Origin: Mycobacterium leprae TN
Lineage (GTDB): Bacteria > Actinomycetota > Actinomycetes > Mycobacteriales > Mycobacteriaceae
DNA length: 32,000 nt
Assembly (NCBI RefSeq): GCF_000195855.1
Contig: NC_002677.1
Location: 1,140,001-1,172,000 of the forward strand
Direction of reading: 5' to 3'
Position numbers and translations under genes: made by a program
Part shown: piece by piece, positions 19,341 to 31,599 of the stretch
How the letters are laid out: each line of letters starts with the position of its first letter
How positions within the stretch are numbered: position 1 is the first letter of the stretch
The notes under the pieces: generated by a model
What the model was told of the DNA's origin: nothing
Databases searched by the model: none
The model's input: the letters and a program-made list of their open reading frames with translations, nothing else

Positions 19341-21129
19341 ATCCCCGACCCCCAATACCGTTCCTAACATTATTTAAGCAGCTTGGCGGACTGTACGCTG
19401 TCACCATTTTTCGGTGTTGGTCTGGCTTCCTGGGGCGGCGGCTTCGCGAAGGGTTCGAGTGGCGGATAGCTAAGGCTTTTCCATCAGCCGTAGAGTTGGT
19501 CGAGGTTGGGTCCTGCTGGATCTTCTTGGACAAGACCGATCATCAGTTCGTCCGCCGTTGATCTATACCAGCGCCGGGTTGCTGTCTTAGACTACGCAAA
19601 AGACCATGCCGCCTAGTTGTGGGGTTACTGGGGCAGTGCCAACTGGTTGGTGACCTAGGTTCTCCGAGACAGTCCACCACGATGTTCGGTGCGCAGGATC
19701 CCGTCGAAGAAGTGGCGCGATATTTTAGGTCGCCCCGAACACTGTGTAGATCGCTCTGGACGGGGCGCCGGCATGGCACGGTTCTTATCGCCATAAAACC
19801 CTGGCAGTTCTTTCGACCAGGCGCATGTCCGGGTACAGCTGTCCGGTTGATTGTGCCGTAGTTATGGATGGACACCACATGCGGTTCCTGCAATCTACCG
19901 GTTTTGCGGGGCTTTCGTGTTGCATGCGCATGCGAAATACTGGTTCGTAGCTAGAGCGCTTTCGACATCAGCTATAGCTCCACCACCTACTGTCGTACGG
20001 TGTTGATGGCCCTCGCTATGCCGTCTTGACTCAGTTGCCGCTTGAGTGTAAGAGGGCTCAGATTAGGCCCCCATTCGCGAACCACGCACGGTGGCGTTCA
20101 TTGCTGCCTACTTAACCAACAGGCAAATCGCACTAATAAAGCACCCTTGCCGGCCGACCTATCTACCGCAATATTCTGGTCTAGTAACATAATGGTAATT
20201 TTACATCAATCTGGGCGCACGAAAAATTTCATACCCGAAACCGTCTCGTTAGCTATGGCAAGTGAAAACTATGCTCGGTTAACGGCAATGCGGTGATCCA
20301 AGGAGTTGACCTGTCCGATTTTCTTGGCGCGACCAGATGTCGTCCATTAAGATATTCATGTGTTGTCGAGCAAATTTTTTCAGATTGATTTTAGCGGCCG
20401 GCACCGCGGCCTCAACCGGTGCCTGCAGTGGCTAAACGTGACTGACCCGCAGCTGTCGGATCCCGTTTTGCGTTACGTGGTGCATCCGGCCGAGACGAGC
20501 AGCTGCACTAGCCGGGATTATTTATGTTACAGGGGGCCTTACCAAGGGCCAGGAAAGCAGGAATGGGTTGGGTACGCTAATGGTCGCCGCCACGGCAATC
20601 AGCGGTTTGCGGTCCGTAAATCCCTACGCCGGTGGCAAAGCAATCTAATTTGAAGGGAAAGTCTCGTTGTGTCCCTTATCTAGCGCGCAGGAGTCATTAT
20701 TGGACCGTTGCTTAACCGAAGCGTTATCTGGCGGTTTCGGGATGGATGTCAGTGGGAGGTCGCCCATAGCCAACTTCCACATTGCAGCGTGGCTCGCCTT
20801 GGCTGTCGCGCTGGTCATCGGTGTCGGGTTATGTGATCCTGCCAGTAGTCCGCGCAGCAGGTCACCGACGAGGAGGTCGGCCACCTCACGCTATTCATTC
20901 CATCTCTTGCTGCTCCATACTCTTGCTGCGCTACGCCTAGTCTAGTGGTGGTTGGGCAGTGCAGTGATCCTTTTTAGTTTTAGCCTGCAGGCTGCAGCCC
21001 GGGCGTTGGATTCGGTGGTGTTAGTTGCAGTCGTTGCAAGCCACGGTATTGCTGTTCACACTACCGATCGGTGGTGTGGCTGAATCATCATCGTTTGACC
21101 GCCTAAGAGTAGCTGTGGGCGGTGTTTCG

Positions 21130-22384
21130 TCGAGTCGGTAGCGGGTTTAATCGTCATGGCAGGTATCCTGCTGATTGGTCGGGTATGTGCTCTCTTGTCG
21201 ATGTGGGCCGGGGTTGCTATGGCGATCGTTTCGGCGTTGTTGTTACTGTGCGTAGTGGGAGCCCGGGTCTGCTCGGGTGCGGTATCCGCGGTGCTGTTCT
21301 GCTGGCAGCAGTGGCCTGGCTGGTCGTGTTCACGGTGTTGAACCAAAGCAGTGGTGACGGAGTTCAGCAAGGGTTGCTTGACCCTGATGCGTTACCCCCG
21401 AGTTGTATACTTGGCTCTTGGTCTTGCCGATCGCCTGATATTTCAACAGTCGCCGTTGTGTGCGTGCTGACCACCTCCTTACCGACAATAACGTTGGTCA
21501 GGCCGGGTTATTGCTTAGGTGCTGGGGGCACTGTGCTGGGTGAGGCTCTGCTACACCCATCGGGTGGTGGTGTCCGTGCTAGCCGGTTGCGGTGGTTGTC
21601 GTGACTGTAACCCTGGCCTGCGACGAAGCCGTCATAATCGAGGCCGGAAACCAGCGGAATGGGGCCGCCGGCCAGCTCGCCGTCTCCTAGGAGCCCGATC
21701 GGACGCTGACTCATCATGGCCTGACTGGGTGACTAGCAAATCGATTCCGACTGTCTCACGGTTGGTACGACGACTTCGCTGAATACGGTACTGTGTCGGA
21801 AAATGTCGTGTTACTCGGATTTTTCGATGTTCTGGGGTCGGACGGGGAAGGAGCCCTGTAGCAAAGGGGAAATACCGGCGTTGCTCGCTCTGGTATCGGA
21901 CATCGGTGATGTGGTCCGTCAGCAGTCCGCATAGGAGATTACCGACAAACAGATTGGTCACCTTGAGCTGTTCCGCTTGTCAGTGCGCGAAGGCCGGTAG
22001 GTAGCAGGGCGATCGGCAATTAAGCGTTGCAGGCAGCAACACTAGCGCTGGGGTTGGTGATGCTGGTGACGGGCGCTGCAGTTGACCGTACTGCTGTTTG
22101 CGTTGCTGATCTGCGCCCGTCTGACCCGATGCCCGATAATTCGCTGTGAGTGGACCTGGGTGGTGCTGCTGGCCGTCGTCGCTGGCAGGGATGATTTTTC
22201 ACCGTCGTCATTCTGGGCCGGTTTGCTGACCGCATCGTTGCCGACAGCGGTCGTGGTTCAATCGTTGGTTGGGATCGATGCTGGGCATTGTCGTGCTCGG
22301 TGAGACGCTCGACACTCGACGTCTGTGCTTGTTGCGGGAGTTTTGCTGGTGATCATCGCGACCGTGTCGTTGGCCCATGGCTAG
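21130..22384 (+). pseudogene. Scattered remnants of an integral membrane protein
   Basis: Hydrophobic fragments MAGILLIGRVCALLSMWAGVAMAIVSALLLLCVVGARV (21156-) and MLGIVVLGETLDT...VAGVLLVIIATVSLAH (about 22280-22380) with intervening stops and frame changes. They lie upstream of the Rv2728c-like gene, where Rv2729c is expected. Confidence 0.4.
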
Positions 22385-22619
22385 GTCGAATCCATATCGA
22401 AGTAAGATGGGGAAGAAACTCTCCAGAAAAACGTCGGGGGGAGGGTGACCTTGGGGGACGAAGGGTTAAAGTCACCGACCTGCGTGGCGCACTCGAGTTT
22501 CGGTTTGGGCTAAGACCCCGTTTGGTGCACAGCAGATCAGTCTGCCTCGTTTGTTGCGTTCGAAACCGCAGTACCAACGGCGTCGATGCATTGCATCGCT
22601 GAGACGTTAGTTTGGTGGT

Positions 22620-23318
22620 GTGCTGAGCGCTATCGCGATCGTTCCGTCCGCCCCGGTACTTGTTCCCGAGCTCACTGGAGCGGCAGCTGCCGAAGTGGCC
22701 GACCTAAGGTCCGCGGTGCTGGCGGTGGCCGCCTGCTTGCCCCCGTGTTGGATTGTTGTCGGAACGGGTCGCGCAGACGACGTCGTGGGTCCCGGGGGCT
22801 GCCTGGGCACTTTCGCGGGCTTTGGTGCCGACGTGCGGGTTCGGCTGTCACCGCAGGTCGGTGGCGAGGCTGAGCTGCTGGTTGACTTCCCGGTGTGTGC
22901 ACTGATCGCCGCCTGGGTGCGGGGCCAGTCCCAGCTGGACGCCAGTGCGCAGGTGCGGGTGTATTGTGGTGACCACGATCCCGACATGGCGTTGGCCTGC
23001 GGCAGGCAATTGCGCGTCGAGATTGAGCAGGCACCCGATCCGATCGGAGTATTGGTCGTCGCTGACGGCGCTACCACCTTGACGTCGAGTTCCCCCGGTG
23101 GCTATGACCCTAGTGCCGCCGATGCCGAGCTAGTCCTCGATGACGCCCTGGCAAGCGGCGACGTCGCGGCTTTGACCCGGCTGTCTTGTCAGATCTCGGG
23201 GCGAGTGGCATTCCAGGTGTTGGCCGGTTTGGTCGAGCCAGGGCCTAGATTGGCGAAGGAGTTATACCGGGGAGCACCCTACGGTGTGGGATATTTCGTT
23301 GGTGTCTGGCAGCCATGA
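22620..23318 (+). CDS. Conserved protein of the class III extradiol dioxygenase subunit B-like type (Rv2728c-like)
   Basis: [33 protein letters not shown]...[28 protein letters not shown]...[11 protein letters not shown]...[16 protein letters not shown] overlap with miaA. Confidence 0.75.
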   Translation: MLSAIAIVPSAPVLVPELTGAAAAEVADLRSAVLAVAACLPPCWIVVGTGRADDVVGPGGCLGTFAGFGADVRVRLSPQVGGEAELLVDFPVCALIAAWVRGQSQLDASAQVRVYCGDHDPDMALACGRQLRVEIEQAPDPIGVLVVADGATTLTSSSPGGYDPSAADAELVLDDALASGDVAALTRLSCQISGRVAFQVLAGLVEPGPRLAKELYRGAPYGVGYFVGVWQP

Positions 23319-24250
23319 GGCCACTTGCGATTGTCGGTCCGACGGGTGTTGGCAAGTCGGAACTGGCCCTCGACGTCATCGAGCGACTTGGCGGCCAGGT
23401 TAGCGTGGAGATCGTCAATGCTGATGCGATGCAGCTCTATCGCGGTATGGACATTGGCACAGCGAAGTTGCCCGTCGCGGCACGTCGAGGGATCCCGCAC
23501 CATCAACTTGACGTCCTGGACGTCACCGAGACTGCGACGGTTGCCAGCTATCAGCGGACTGCTGCCGCCGATATCGAGGCGATCGCGGCACGTGGAGCGG
23601 TGCCGGTCGTGGTGGGTGGTTCGATGCTCTATGTCCAGTCGCTGCTCGACGACTGGTCGTTTCCGGGGACCGATCCGGCCGTGCGCGTGAGGTGGGAGCA
23701 GCAACTTGCCGAGGTCGGAGTGGTTAGGCTGCACGCGGAACTGGCCCGTCGTGACCTGGCAGCAGCTGCGGCAATCCTGCCTACCGATGGCCGGCGCACT
23801 GTGCGGGCACTTGAGGTGGTCGAACTCACTGGAAAGCCCTTCGCCGCGTCCGCGCCGCGCATCGGTGCTCCTCGGTGGGACACTGTGATCGTCGGGTTAG
23901 ATTGTGACAGAACGATTCTCAGTGAGAGATTGGCGCGGCGCATTGACTCGATGTTCGGGCAAGGTCTGGTAGATGAGGTACGCATGCTGTTACGCTGGGG
24001 CCTGCGCGACGGGGTCACTGCCTCACGTGCGCTGGGATACGCTCAAGTGCTCACGGCACTTGACGCTGGAGGGGATGCCGACCATTTGGATGAGGCGCGT
24101 CAGCAGACATACTTGGGTCATCGACGCTATGCGCGACGGCAGCGGTCGTGGTTTCATCGAGATCACCGAGTGCACTGGCTCGACGTGGGTACAGTCGATC
24201 GCGTTGGGGTCGTCGACGACGCTTTACGGGTGTGGCGTAACGCATCCTGA
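23315..24250 (+). CDS. miaA: tRNA dimethylallyltransferase MiaA
   Basis: [21 protein letters not shown] (P-loop), [21 protein letters not shown], and [18 protein letters not shown]. Confidence 0.96.
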   Translation: MRPLAIVGPTGVGKSELALDVIERLGGQVSVEIVNADAMQLYRGMDIGTAKLPVAARRGIPHHQLDVLDVTETATVASYQRTAAADIEAIAARGAVPVVVGGSMLYVQSLLDDWSFPGTDPAVRVRWEQQLAEVGVVRLHAELARRDLAAAAAILPTDGRRTVRALEVVELTGKPFAASAPRIGAPRWDTVIVGLDCDRTILSERLARRIDSMFGQGLVDEVRMLLRWGLRDGVTASRALGYAQVLTALDAGGDADHLDEARQQTYLGHRRYARRQRSWFHRDHRVHWLDVGTVDRVGVVDDALRVWRNAS

Positions 24251-24316
24251 TCTAGGTTATCCGTTTATCCGTGCCGGCGACGATGCAGAGCGCAGCGATG
24301 AGGTGGAGCGGCGTAC

Positions 24317-25207
24317 ATGATCTTCGCCAAGGGGCACGGCACCCAAAATGACTTTGTGGTGTTGCCTGATGTCGAGGCTGATGTGACGTTCACCGCTGCC
24401 CAGGTCGCTGCATTGTGCAACCGGCGCCAAGGACTGGGCGCTGACGGGGTGCTCCGGGTGACTACCGCGGGCGCAGCAGTGACGGCCGGTGTGCTCGAGC
24501 ACCTGCCTGACGGTGTCAGCTGCTCCGACTGGTACATGGATTACCGCAACGCCGACGGGTCGGTGGCGCAGATGTGTGGCAACGGTGTGCGGGTGTTCGC
24601 GCATTACCTGCGCGCCAGCGGCTTGGAGTCTTGCGATGAGTTCGTCGTTGGCTCATTGGCTGGCCCGCGACTGGTTAACGTGCACCATGTCGACGAGCTC
24701 AACGCCGACGTCACAGTCGACATGGGCAAGGCAAACTTGCTGGGCAGTGGGGGGCCGGCCTTTGCGGTTACTGTCGGCGGGAGGCGATTTTCCGGCGTAG
24801 CGGTAGACGTGGGTAACCCACACCTGGCGTGCATGGATCCGCAGCTGAGTTTGGAAGAGCTCGCAGCTCTAGACTTGGGTGCGCCGGTCCACCTCGACCG
24901 TGTGCAGTTTCCAGACGGGGTCAATATCGAAGTGCTCACCGCACCGGTCGACGGAATGGTCCAGATGCGAGTCCACGAGCGCGGGGTGGGTGAAACTCGG
25001 TCATGCGGTACCGGAACTGTCGCGGCCGCGGTCGCTGCGCTGGCAAGTGCTGGCGCCGACACCGGGACGCTTACTGTGAGGGTGCCGGGTGGCGACGTTG
25101 TCATAACTATCACTGACGTGACCAGCTACTTGCGTGGACCATCGGTGTTAGTGGCGCACGGCGAGCTCGCGGACGCCTGGTGGTACTCGTTGGCGCGCAG
25201 CTGTTAA
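24317..25207 (+). CDS. dapF: Diaminopimelate epimerase
   Basis: [18 protein letters not shown], active-site motifs [20 protein letters not shown] and [20 protein letters not shown]. Confidence 0.96.
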   Translation: MIFAKGHGTQNDFVVLPDVEADVTFTAAQVAALCNRRQGLGADGVLRVTTAGAAVTAGVLEHLPDGVSCSDWYMDYRNADGSVAQMCGNGVRVFAHYLRASGLESCDEFVVGSLAGPRLVNVHHVDELNADVTVDMGKANLLGSGGPAFAVTVGGRRFSGVAVDVGNPHLACMDPQLSLEELAALDLGAPVHLDRVQFPDGVNIEVLTAPVDGMVQMRVHERGVGETRSCGTGTVAAAVAALASAGADTGTLTVRVPGGDVVITITDVTSYLRGPSVLVAHGELADAWWYSLARSC

Positions 25208-25269
25208 ATGTTGCGGGAATTTATTCGGATGCGCGCCCAGCTACGAAGTGCCACCATCGGATACTGGCT

Positions 25270-26736
25270 ATGAAATATCCAGATTCGTCCGATAGGGGCT
25301 CTGCAGACTTTCCGGATCTCTGGGACTCGTCAGACTCGGTGCCTAGCACCGGTGAGCTTGCCCTTCATGACCGATTGGCGCTGCGCCGGATTGCCGGGCT
25401 GTCCACCGAACTCGCTGATGTTTCCGAGGTCGAGTACCGCCAACTGCGGCTGGAACGGGTGGTGTTGGTTGGTGTGTGGACCGAGGGCAGCGCGGCCGAC
25501 AATCAGGCCAGCATGGCCGAACTTGCGACCCTGGCCGAAACCGCCGGTTCGCAGGTTCTCGAAGGTCTCATCCAACGTCGCGATCGGCCCGATCCGTCGA
25601 CCTACATCGGTTCTGGCAAGGCGGCTGAATTGCGTGAGGTGGTGCTGGCCACCGGCGCCGACACCGTCATCTGCGACGGTGAACTGTCCCCTGCGCAGTT
25701 GACCGCGCTGGAGAAGGCGGTCAAGGTGAAGGTCATCGACCGCACCGCGCTGATCCTTGACATTTTTGCTCAGCACGCGACCAGCCGGGAAGGCAAAGCC
25801 CAGGTGTTGTTGGCTCAGATGGCTTATATGCTACCGCGGCTACGCGGCTGGGGTGAGTCGATGTCACGTCAGGTTGGTGGTCGAGCCGGTGGCAGTGGCG
25901 GAGGAGTGGGCTTGCGAGGTCCCGGTGAGACCAAAATTGAGACCGACCGACGTAGAATCCGGGAACGGATGGCCAAGCTGCGTCGGGATATCGGCGCTAT
26001 GAAGCAGGCCCGCGACACCCAGCGCAGCCGCCGGTTGCACAGCGACATTCCGTCGATCGCTATCGTCGGCTATACCAATGCCGGCAAGTCCAGTGTGCTG
26101 AATGCGCTGACCGGGGCGTGGGTGCTAGTGCAGGACGCGTTGTTCGTCACCCTAGAACCCACCACCCGGCACGCAGAATTCGATAACGGTCAGCCGTTCG
26201 TGTTCACCGACACCGTGGGGTTCGTTCGCCATCTGCCTACTCAGCTGGTCGAAGCATTCCGTTCCACACTGGAGGAGGTCGTTGACGCCGACCTGTTATT
26301 GCATGTCGTCGACGGCTCAGATGCCAACCCGTTGGCTCAGATCAATGCTGTCCGTCAGGTGATCTTTGAGGTTATTTCCGATCACCAGGACGGTGGCGTG
26401 GAGGTGCCGCATGAGCTGTTGGTGGTCAACAAGATCGACGCCGCAAGCGCTCTGATGTTGGCCAAGCTTCGTCACGGGTTGCCAGGCGCCGTGTTCATCT
26501 CCGCTCGCACCGGGGACGGTATCGACGTGTTGCGGCGACGGATAGCCGAGCTCGTTGTGGCCACCGACACCGCTGTAGACGTGGTGATCCCGTACGACCG
26601 TGGTGATCTGGTGGCTCGCCTGCACGCTAACGGGCGCGTTCAGCAGGCAGAGCACAATTCGAACGGCACCCGGATCAAGGCCCGGGTTCCCGTGGCGTTG
26701 GCCGCCTGCTTACAGGAGTTTTCGGCCGACCGATAG
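25270..26736 (+). CDS. hflX: GTPase HflX
   Basis: Start proposed at MKYPDSSDRGSADFPDLW (25270). Contains GGRAGGSGGGVGLRGPGETKIETDRR, G1 VGYTNAGKSSVLNALTG, FTDTVGFVRHLPTQLVEAFRSTLEEV and NKID. Confidence 0.95.
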   Translation: MKYPDSSDRGSADFPDLWDSSDSVPSTGELALHDRLALRRIAGLSTELADVSEVEYRQLRLERVVLVGVWTEGSAADNQASMAELATLAETAGSQVLEGLIQRRDRPDPSTYIGSGKAAELREVVLATGADTVICDGELSPAQLTALEKAVKVKVIDRTALILDIFAQHATSREGKAQVLLAQMAYMLPRLRGWGESMSRQVGGRAGGSGGGVGLRGPGETKIETDRRRIRERMAKLRRDIGAMKQARDTQRSRRLHSDIPSIAIVGYTNAGKSSVLNALTGAWVLVQDALFVTLEPTTRHAEFDNGQPFVFTDTVGFVRHLPTQLVEAFRSTLEEVVDADLLLHVVDGSDANPLAQINAVRQVIFEVISDHQDGGVEVPHELLVVNKIDAASALMLAKLRHGLPGAVFISARTGDGIDVLRRRIAELVVATDTAVDVVIPYDRGDLVARLHANGRVQQAEHNSNGTRIKARVPVALAACLQEFSADR

Positions 26737-26891
26737 CTGTTGCCGGTCAGATGTCACCGGGTTCTTCATCCCCGCCGGTACGCGACGCATCGCTTGGTTA
26801 GCCAGTTGGTGGGTCGGGCGGCAAGTTGTTGACCAACCATCCGGTTTATGCACGTTGGGCTGCGAAGTTCCTGTTCGCTGGAGGGTCGTGT

Positions 26892-28060
26892 CATGAGTGG
26901 TGCCATTAAGTACTAGCGCACTTTTCCAGCCTGACTATGAATTGTTTCGTGAGTTCTACTGCGGCTTCCTCGATCGCTACGTTGCGCCGTACTACGACGA
27001 ATGGAGGAAGGTGAAGATCGTCGATCGAGGTGGTGTGGCTCGAGGCCGGCAAACAGGACTTTCTCGGGGTGGCGGCGTCCGAGGAGTACGATAGAGGCGG
27101 TAACCCGGACTTTCTGTACAACACGATCATTACTGAGGAAACTAACGTCGAGGGGAGGGGTTACAGCGGCATCGTTTTCGGCTTACACAACGACATCGTG
27201 GCCTCGCACCTGCTGTGTCTGCCTGTTGAGGAGAAAAACAGTGCTGGTTGTCCAAGGTCTGCATCAGGGAACTGATCAGCGCGATGGCGATGACCGAATT
27301 GGGACCTGGCAGCTACTTGCAGGATATCAAGATTCGCGCAGTCAAACAGGGTGATCACTAAATACTCAATGGAGCAAAGACGTTCATCATCAACGGAATC
27401 AAGTCGATCTGGTGATCGTAATGGTGCAAAACAACTCGAATAAGGGCGTGCAGGTTCTTTCGCTTCTTGACAGCATGGAGCGCTTTGACCGCGGCCGCCA
27501 TTTAAACAAAATCGGACCGCTCGCGTGGGACACCGCGGAGCGGTCGTTTACCAACGTCCACGTTTCGACGGAAAATCTGTTTGGTTAGGAGAGGGTGGGG
27601 TCCATCTAATCTACCTGATGCAGAATCTGCAGCAGGAACGGATTTCGATTGCAATCATGGCAGCTTGGCGATGAATAGGATGCTGGAACAGACATTGCAA
27701 TACACCAAGGAGTACAAAGCTTTTTGGTAAGATAATTGGCAGCTTCCAGAACAGCCGATTCGTACTGGCCGGGTTGGCGACTGAGGCCATCGTGATGCGC
27801 ACGATGGTTGACGAGTTCATCTTCATCCATCTGCACCTCGAGAAGGAGCTAACCGCGGAACAGGTCACAATGGTGAAGTTGTGTGCCAGTGAGAGAAGCA
27901 GCCACAACTGATCGACCGTTGCCTTCAGCTGCACGGCGGGTACGGCTACATGAGCGAATACCTAGTTTACCGTGCCTATTTCGATACCTTGGTTCAGGCG
28001 AAGTATGGAAGGACCATCGAGATCATGAAGGAGATTATCGACCGGAGCCTCCGTGTCTAG
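26892..28060 (+). pseudogene. fadE20: Acyl-CoA dehydrogenase remnant (FadE20-like)
   Basis: Full-length but multiply broken: MSGAIKY*, QPDYELFREFYCGFLDRYVAPYYDEWRKVKIVDRGG, WLEAGKQDFLGVAASEEYDRGGNPDFLYNTIITEETN, YSGIVFGLHNDIVASHLL, QDIKIRAVKQGDH*ILNGAKTFIINGIK, HLIYLMQNLQQERISIAIMA, MLEQTLQYTKEYKAFW*, and IMKEIIDRSLRV* (ends 28060). Confidence 0.9.
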
Positions 28061-28339
28061 CGGACACCAATTTTAATTTCAGCTAGTTTCAATCTTCCGT
28101 TGCTACTGATCATGAAATAAATTGTTACGCAATTCTTCTTGTCGCTAGTCCCGACTTCCTTAGATAGTTGGAACATGGACCAAATAATTTCTATGTTGGC
28201 CAGTATAGATGTGGGATGGCCAGACTTGGGTTGTGTTATTGTGTGGTTCGGCGATTTGGGCGAGTTTGCTCAAGCGAACCGGGTTTGATGCACGCTATCG
28301 TTACGTGTGATCACGTGTGTTTTCCGGCCCGGAGTTGAT

Positions 28340-28880
28340 CGTAGTACCGGGTTCGGATCCAATGGGCGGCCGTTGGCTCAAGCGGGCTGTGTTGGTACCA
28401 ACTGACCTATGCGGAGATGGTATCTGCCAGGTCGGCCAGGGTTTGGATTGGTACGCTACGAAATGGGTTGTCATGGAGTATGCACTCGGTCTTGTAGAGC
28501 TCTAGCGTGGTTTCGCGCAGCGCGTTGTCGTAGACGTTACCGACGGTACCTAGCGACGGGATCGAACCGGCCGATATCAGTGGATCGGCGAAATTGTTGC
28601 AAAGTAATTGGCTTATTTTATCCTATCGGTTAATTGCATTGTTGAACGGGTGGCCCTGCCGGGCAGGGTAGGTGGTTGCATGGTGCAGCGCACGCTCCAC
28701 GAACGCGGTGTTTTTGGTCCGCAAGCATTCCCAGTCGGGGATCAAACCCGGTGTAGACGTCGATGGCGAATGCGGTATATTCTCACCCATCGATGGTCAT
28801 CGGCACGAAGGTGTGATCGCTGGCTTTCCAGCGACCACATTCCCAGCCAAAGTACCCATAACTACTTATAAGAACTCTGC
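28340..28880 (-). mobile_element. IS3-family transposase (orfB/DDE integrase core) remnant
   Basis: Minus-strand reading across frames: TFVPMTIDG*EYTAFAIDVYTG (about 28780-28830) and PSLGTVGNVYDNALRETTLELYKTECILHDNPFRSVPIQTLADLADTISA*VSWYQHSP (about 28350-28560). These match the conserved C-terminal DDE region of IS3 orfB. Confidence 0.75.
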
Positions 28881-29727
28881 TGCATCGTCAACACACTGCT
28901 TGCCCACCTTTTGGCTACCAAAATGTAGCAGCGGTTCTGGAAGGCGTGGATTCTTAGTTTGCAACCGCCGCATCCTCCCAACAGCCGGCACAGCAAGACA
29001 ACCATCGATCAGAAGACTTATCGTCGCCGACGTCATATACCGAACTGGGCTATCGTGGGTTAGCACCTGTGTCCTTTGGCGTCACCGTTATCGTGTAGGC
29101 CAAGGTTTTGGAGTTCTTCAGTGTTCACCTGGTGGCCCACTCTCCGATCTTTTTTTGGGGGGGTTAGTGATTGAGTGTGGGCACAGAATCAAAGAACTTG
29201 GTGACGGGTATTCGTCTGTCAGATGAGTCAAGTGATGTGGTGATGAAGTTAGGTGCTATCACTTTCGTAAGCACCAAGATGGTGGAGCTTGCTGACTGTG
29301 TTTCGACAGTCGATATCCGTGAAGGTCACAGTGACCACCAAGGCTCCCCGTCGAGAGCCTGCCAGCTTTGTTAGCGAGATTTTTAATTCCCGTGGGCAAC
29401 TGTACCAAATTAATACAGATGGGGGTGCGGATGTCGGCAAGGCAGATCGGCCAGGGTGTGATGGCTGCCGCAAAGACTTATGAGGACCCTGATAAGGGTT
29501 TTCAAGAATCTGATCATTGAGGGCTTTGAAGAAACTGACAATGACCGCAATCCATCTTAGCTATGGCTGCCACGGATTGCTACCGGCGAATAGATCTGCC
29601 AGCGATATGCATTATTAGATTTTAGGAGAAAAATAACAAGGTATTTAACTTCCAAACAATACGGTCTGACATTAACGTTAAATTTCGTAGTCCGGGTTTG
29701 GGCCCGCTACGTTCCGCTCAAGCGGCA

Positions 29728-29755
29728 TGGCATAGTCTTCCGGAAGACTATGCCA
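29728..29755. repeat. 28-bp perfect palindrome without spacer
   Basis: tggcatagtcttcc|ggaagactatgcca. All 14 base pairs match. Confidence 0.95.
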
Positions 29756-31599
29756 GTTGACGGAGGAATGGGAAGCCAAAGTCATCATAGTGAATGAGTT
29801 TTTGCGCGGTGATGCGGCATGTCCGATTTCAGACTTGGCAAACCGGATACAGGCGCTGGCTAGTGGAACACGTCGCAGTTGCCACTAGGGTCGCCGATTA
29901 CCTTGTTGAAGTGGCGGCCCCACGACAAGGCGGTCAACTTGATCTTGATGGTGTCGGTGGTGCTGGCGAACTGCCTGAGGGACACAGCGAGTAAGAAAGC
30001 CGACCTACTCGGGGCTTTTCACTGCCGAGATTGCGTGTGAGGAAGTTGCCGACCAAGAGATGTGGGCCCGCAACGCGGACGTGATGACGAAATAGAAGGA
30101 CGACATACAGGCTTGAGGTCTTCAAGGGAATGGGGGAGAAAACGCCGACTGTGCCGGTGCTGCTGGAGCACTCGCATGCGGCACTGAGTTCGTCGTGGGA
30201 CGTCGACCAGTTCATTCTGCCTGTGCCAACCGACACCGAATTTGTCGCAGGTCATTGCCAGCGGTTCCACAATGACCACAACATATCTGTACTTTATCAC
30301 GACCACCCAGACGACCGTGGAAGGCGAGTTTGAACTACTAGTTCGGGGATTCGACGTGCATGGCGCGATTAGCCGCGTTCAAGCGGTGTTGTTGGAGGCC
30401 ACGCATCAGGCCATCCTGGCAAGTGTGTGGTATACTGCTAACTTTCGCGACGGATAAGGTTCGGCACCATGCGAGCAGTTCGTCAGTGATTTGGACCGCA
30501 GCTTCCAGATGATTTATTGAGCAGGTCAATGCCCACGGCCAAAATGTGCAACGCGCCAGCTCCTTAATGGCTGACACTGATCGTTCTGTCAATTCCCTCC
30601 GGGGCCTACCCCTATAAACCGTCTGGTACGTAATTCTAGAGTGCATTGACGAGTTAGTAGAATGCTTCGCTGTGGTGGTAATGAGCGGTAGTGGTGTCAG
30701 TGGCCATGTAAATGTCACCACTGGTGGCCAAGAAAAGTCCCTACCTCGACACGGGTGATTGGCTAACTCGGTTTGGCAACTCTACTTCTCGTGGTCGGTG
30801 TGGCGTATCCGGTAGTACTCACCAGAAGTGACTAAGTAAGTTTTATAGTGGTGTAGTGTAGTAGGTGGTCGAGCATGCTGGTGGTGTGTTCGGGCAGGAA
30901 CCGTCCCCAAATATGCCCGAAGGGCCGATGTGAGGCGATCGGCTATGAGTGACGGCTGTAACCGGTGGCTAACAAGCGAAAAAGTAGTTGGGTGCCGGTG
31001 CCATCGAGTAGGGCGAAGCTGATTTAATTGAGAGTCACGACGTCGGAGCGAAGCAGCGTGTCGATGATTTTTGTCTATGATGTTGTTGGCCAGCCCCGCG
31101 GTAGAGAGCTTCAATAAGGTTGACTACGGTGAAGTAGCGGACCGTGAACCCAGTTGACTTATATAGTGTATAGTGGCGTGTCCGCGGCTGATCAGTAGTT
31201 GACTCTTCCCTGTGCCGGTAGTGATGGTGACAAAGTGTAACAGTTGCGTGCGGCCCTGCCGCGTGAAGAGCGGGTTGTTGCAGAGATGCATCGGTTGTTT
31301 AAGCGATGGAACGGGGCGTTACTATCTAGTGGTGTCGCTGCCGGATGGGTTCACTAGGCACCATACGCGCGGATACGACAGATGTCTTTGGTGGCGGAGG
31401 GCGCGGTGTGGGTGTTGGTCGTGACCGATTTGAGGAAGCTGCACCGCCTGGCGCAGCGGCTTTTCGAGTCACGCGTTGCGTGACTATGTTGATAAAGGAA
31501 TAAGTAGATTCACCTCGTTCCGGATCCTGCCCACGATCACAAGAGCGGTGAATCACTTGCGCGTATTGTAGTCATAGTGAGCCTATGCTAACTTTTGTT

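Noticed and set aside
19368-20640. Small ORFs in the 19.4-20.6 kb gap as possible novel genes
   Set aside because: Short, with no conserved motifs or consistent ribosome-binding context. Consistent with fully decayed DNA.
30130-30457. ORFs at 30130-30333 and 30242-30457 as candidate small genes
   Set aside because: Overlapping frames without recognisable homology in a mobile-element/pseudogene-rich region. The evidence is insufficient for a gene call.
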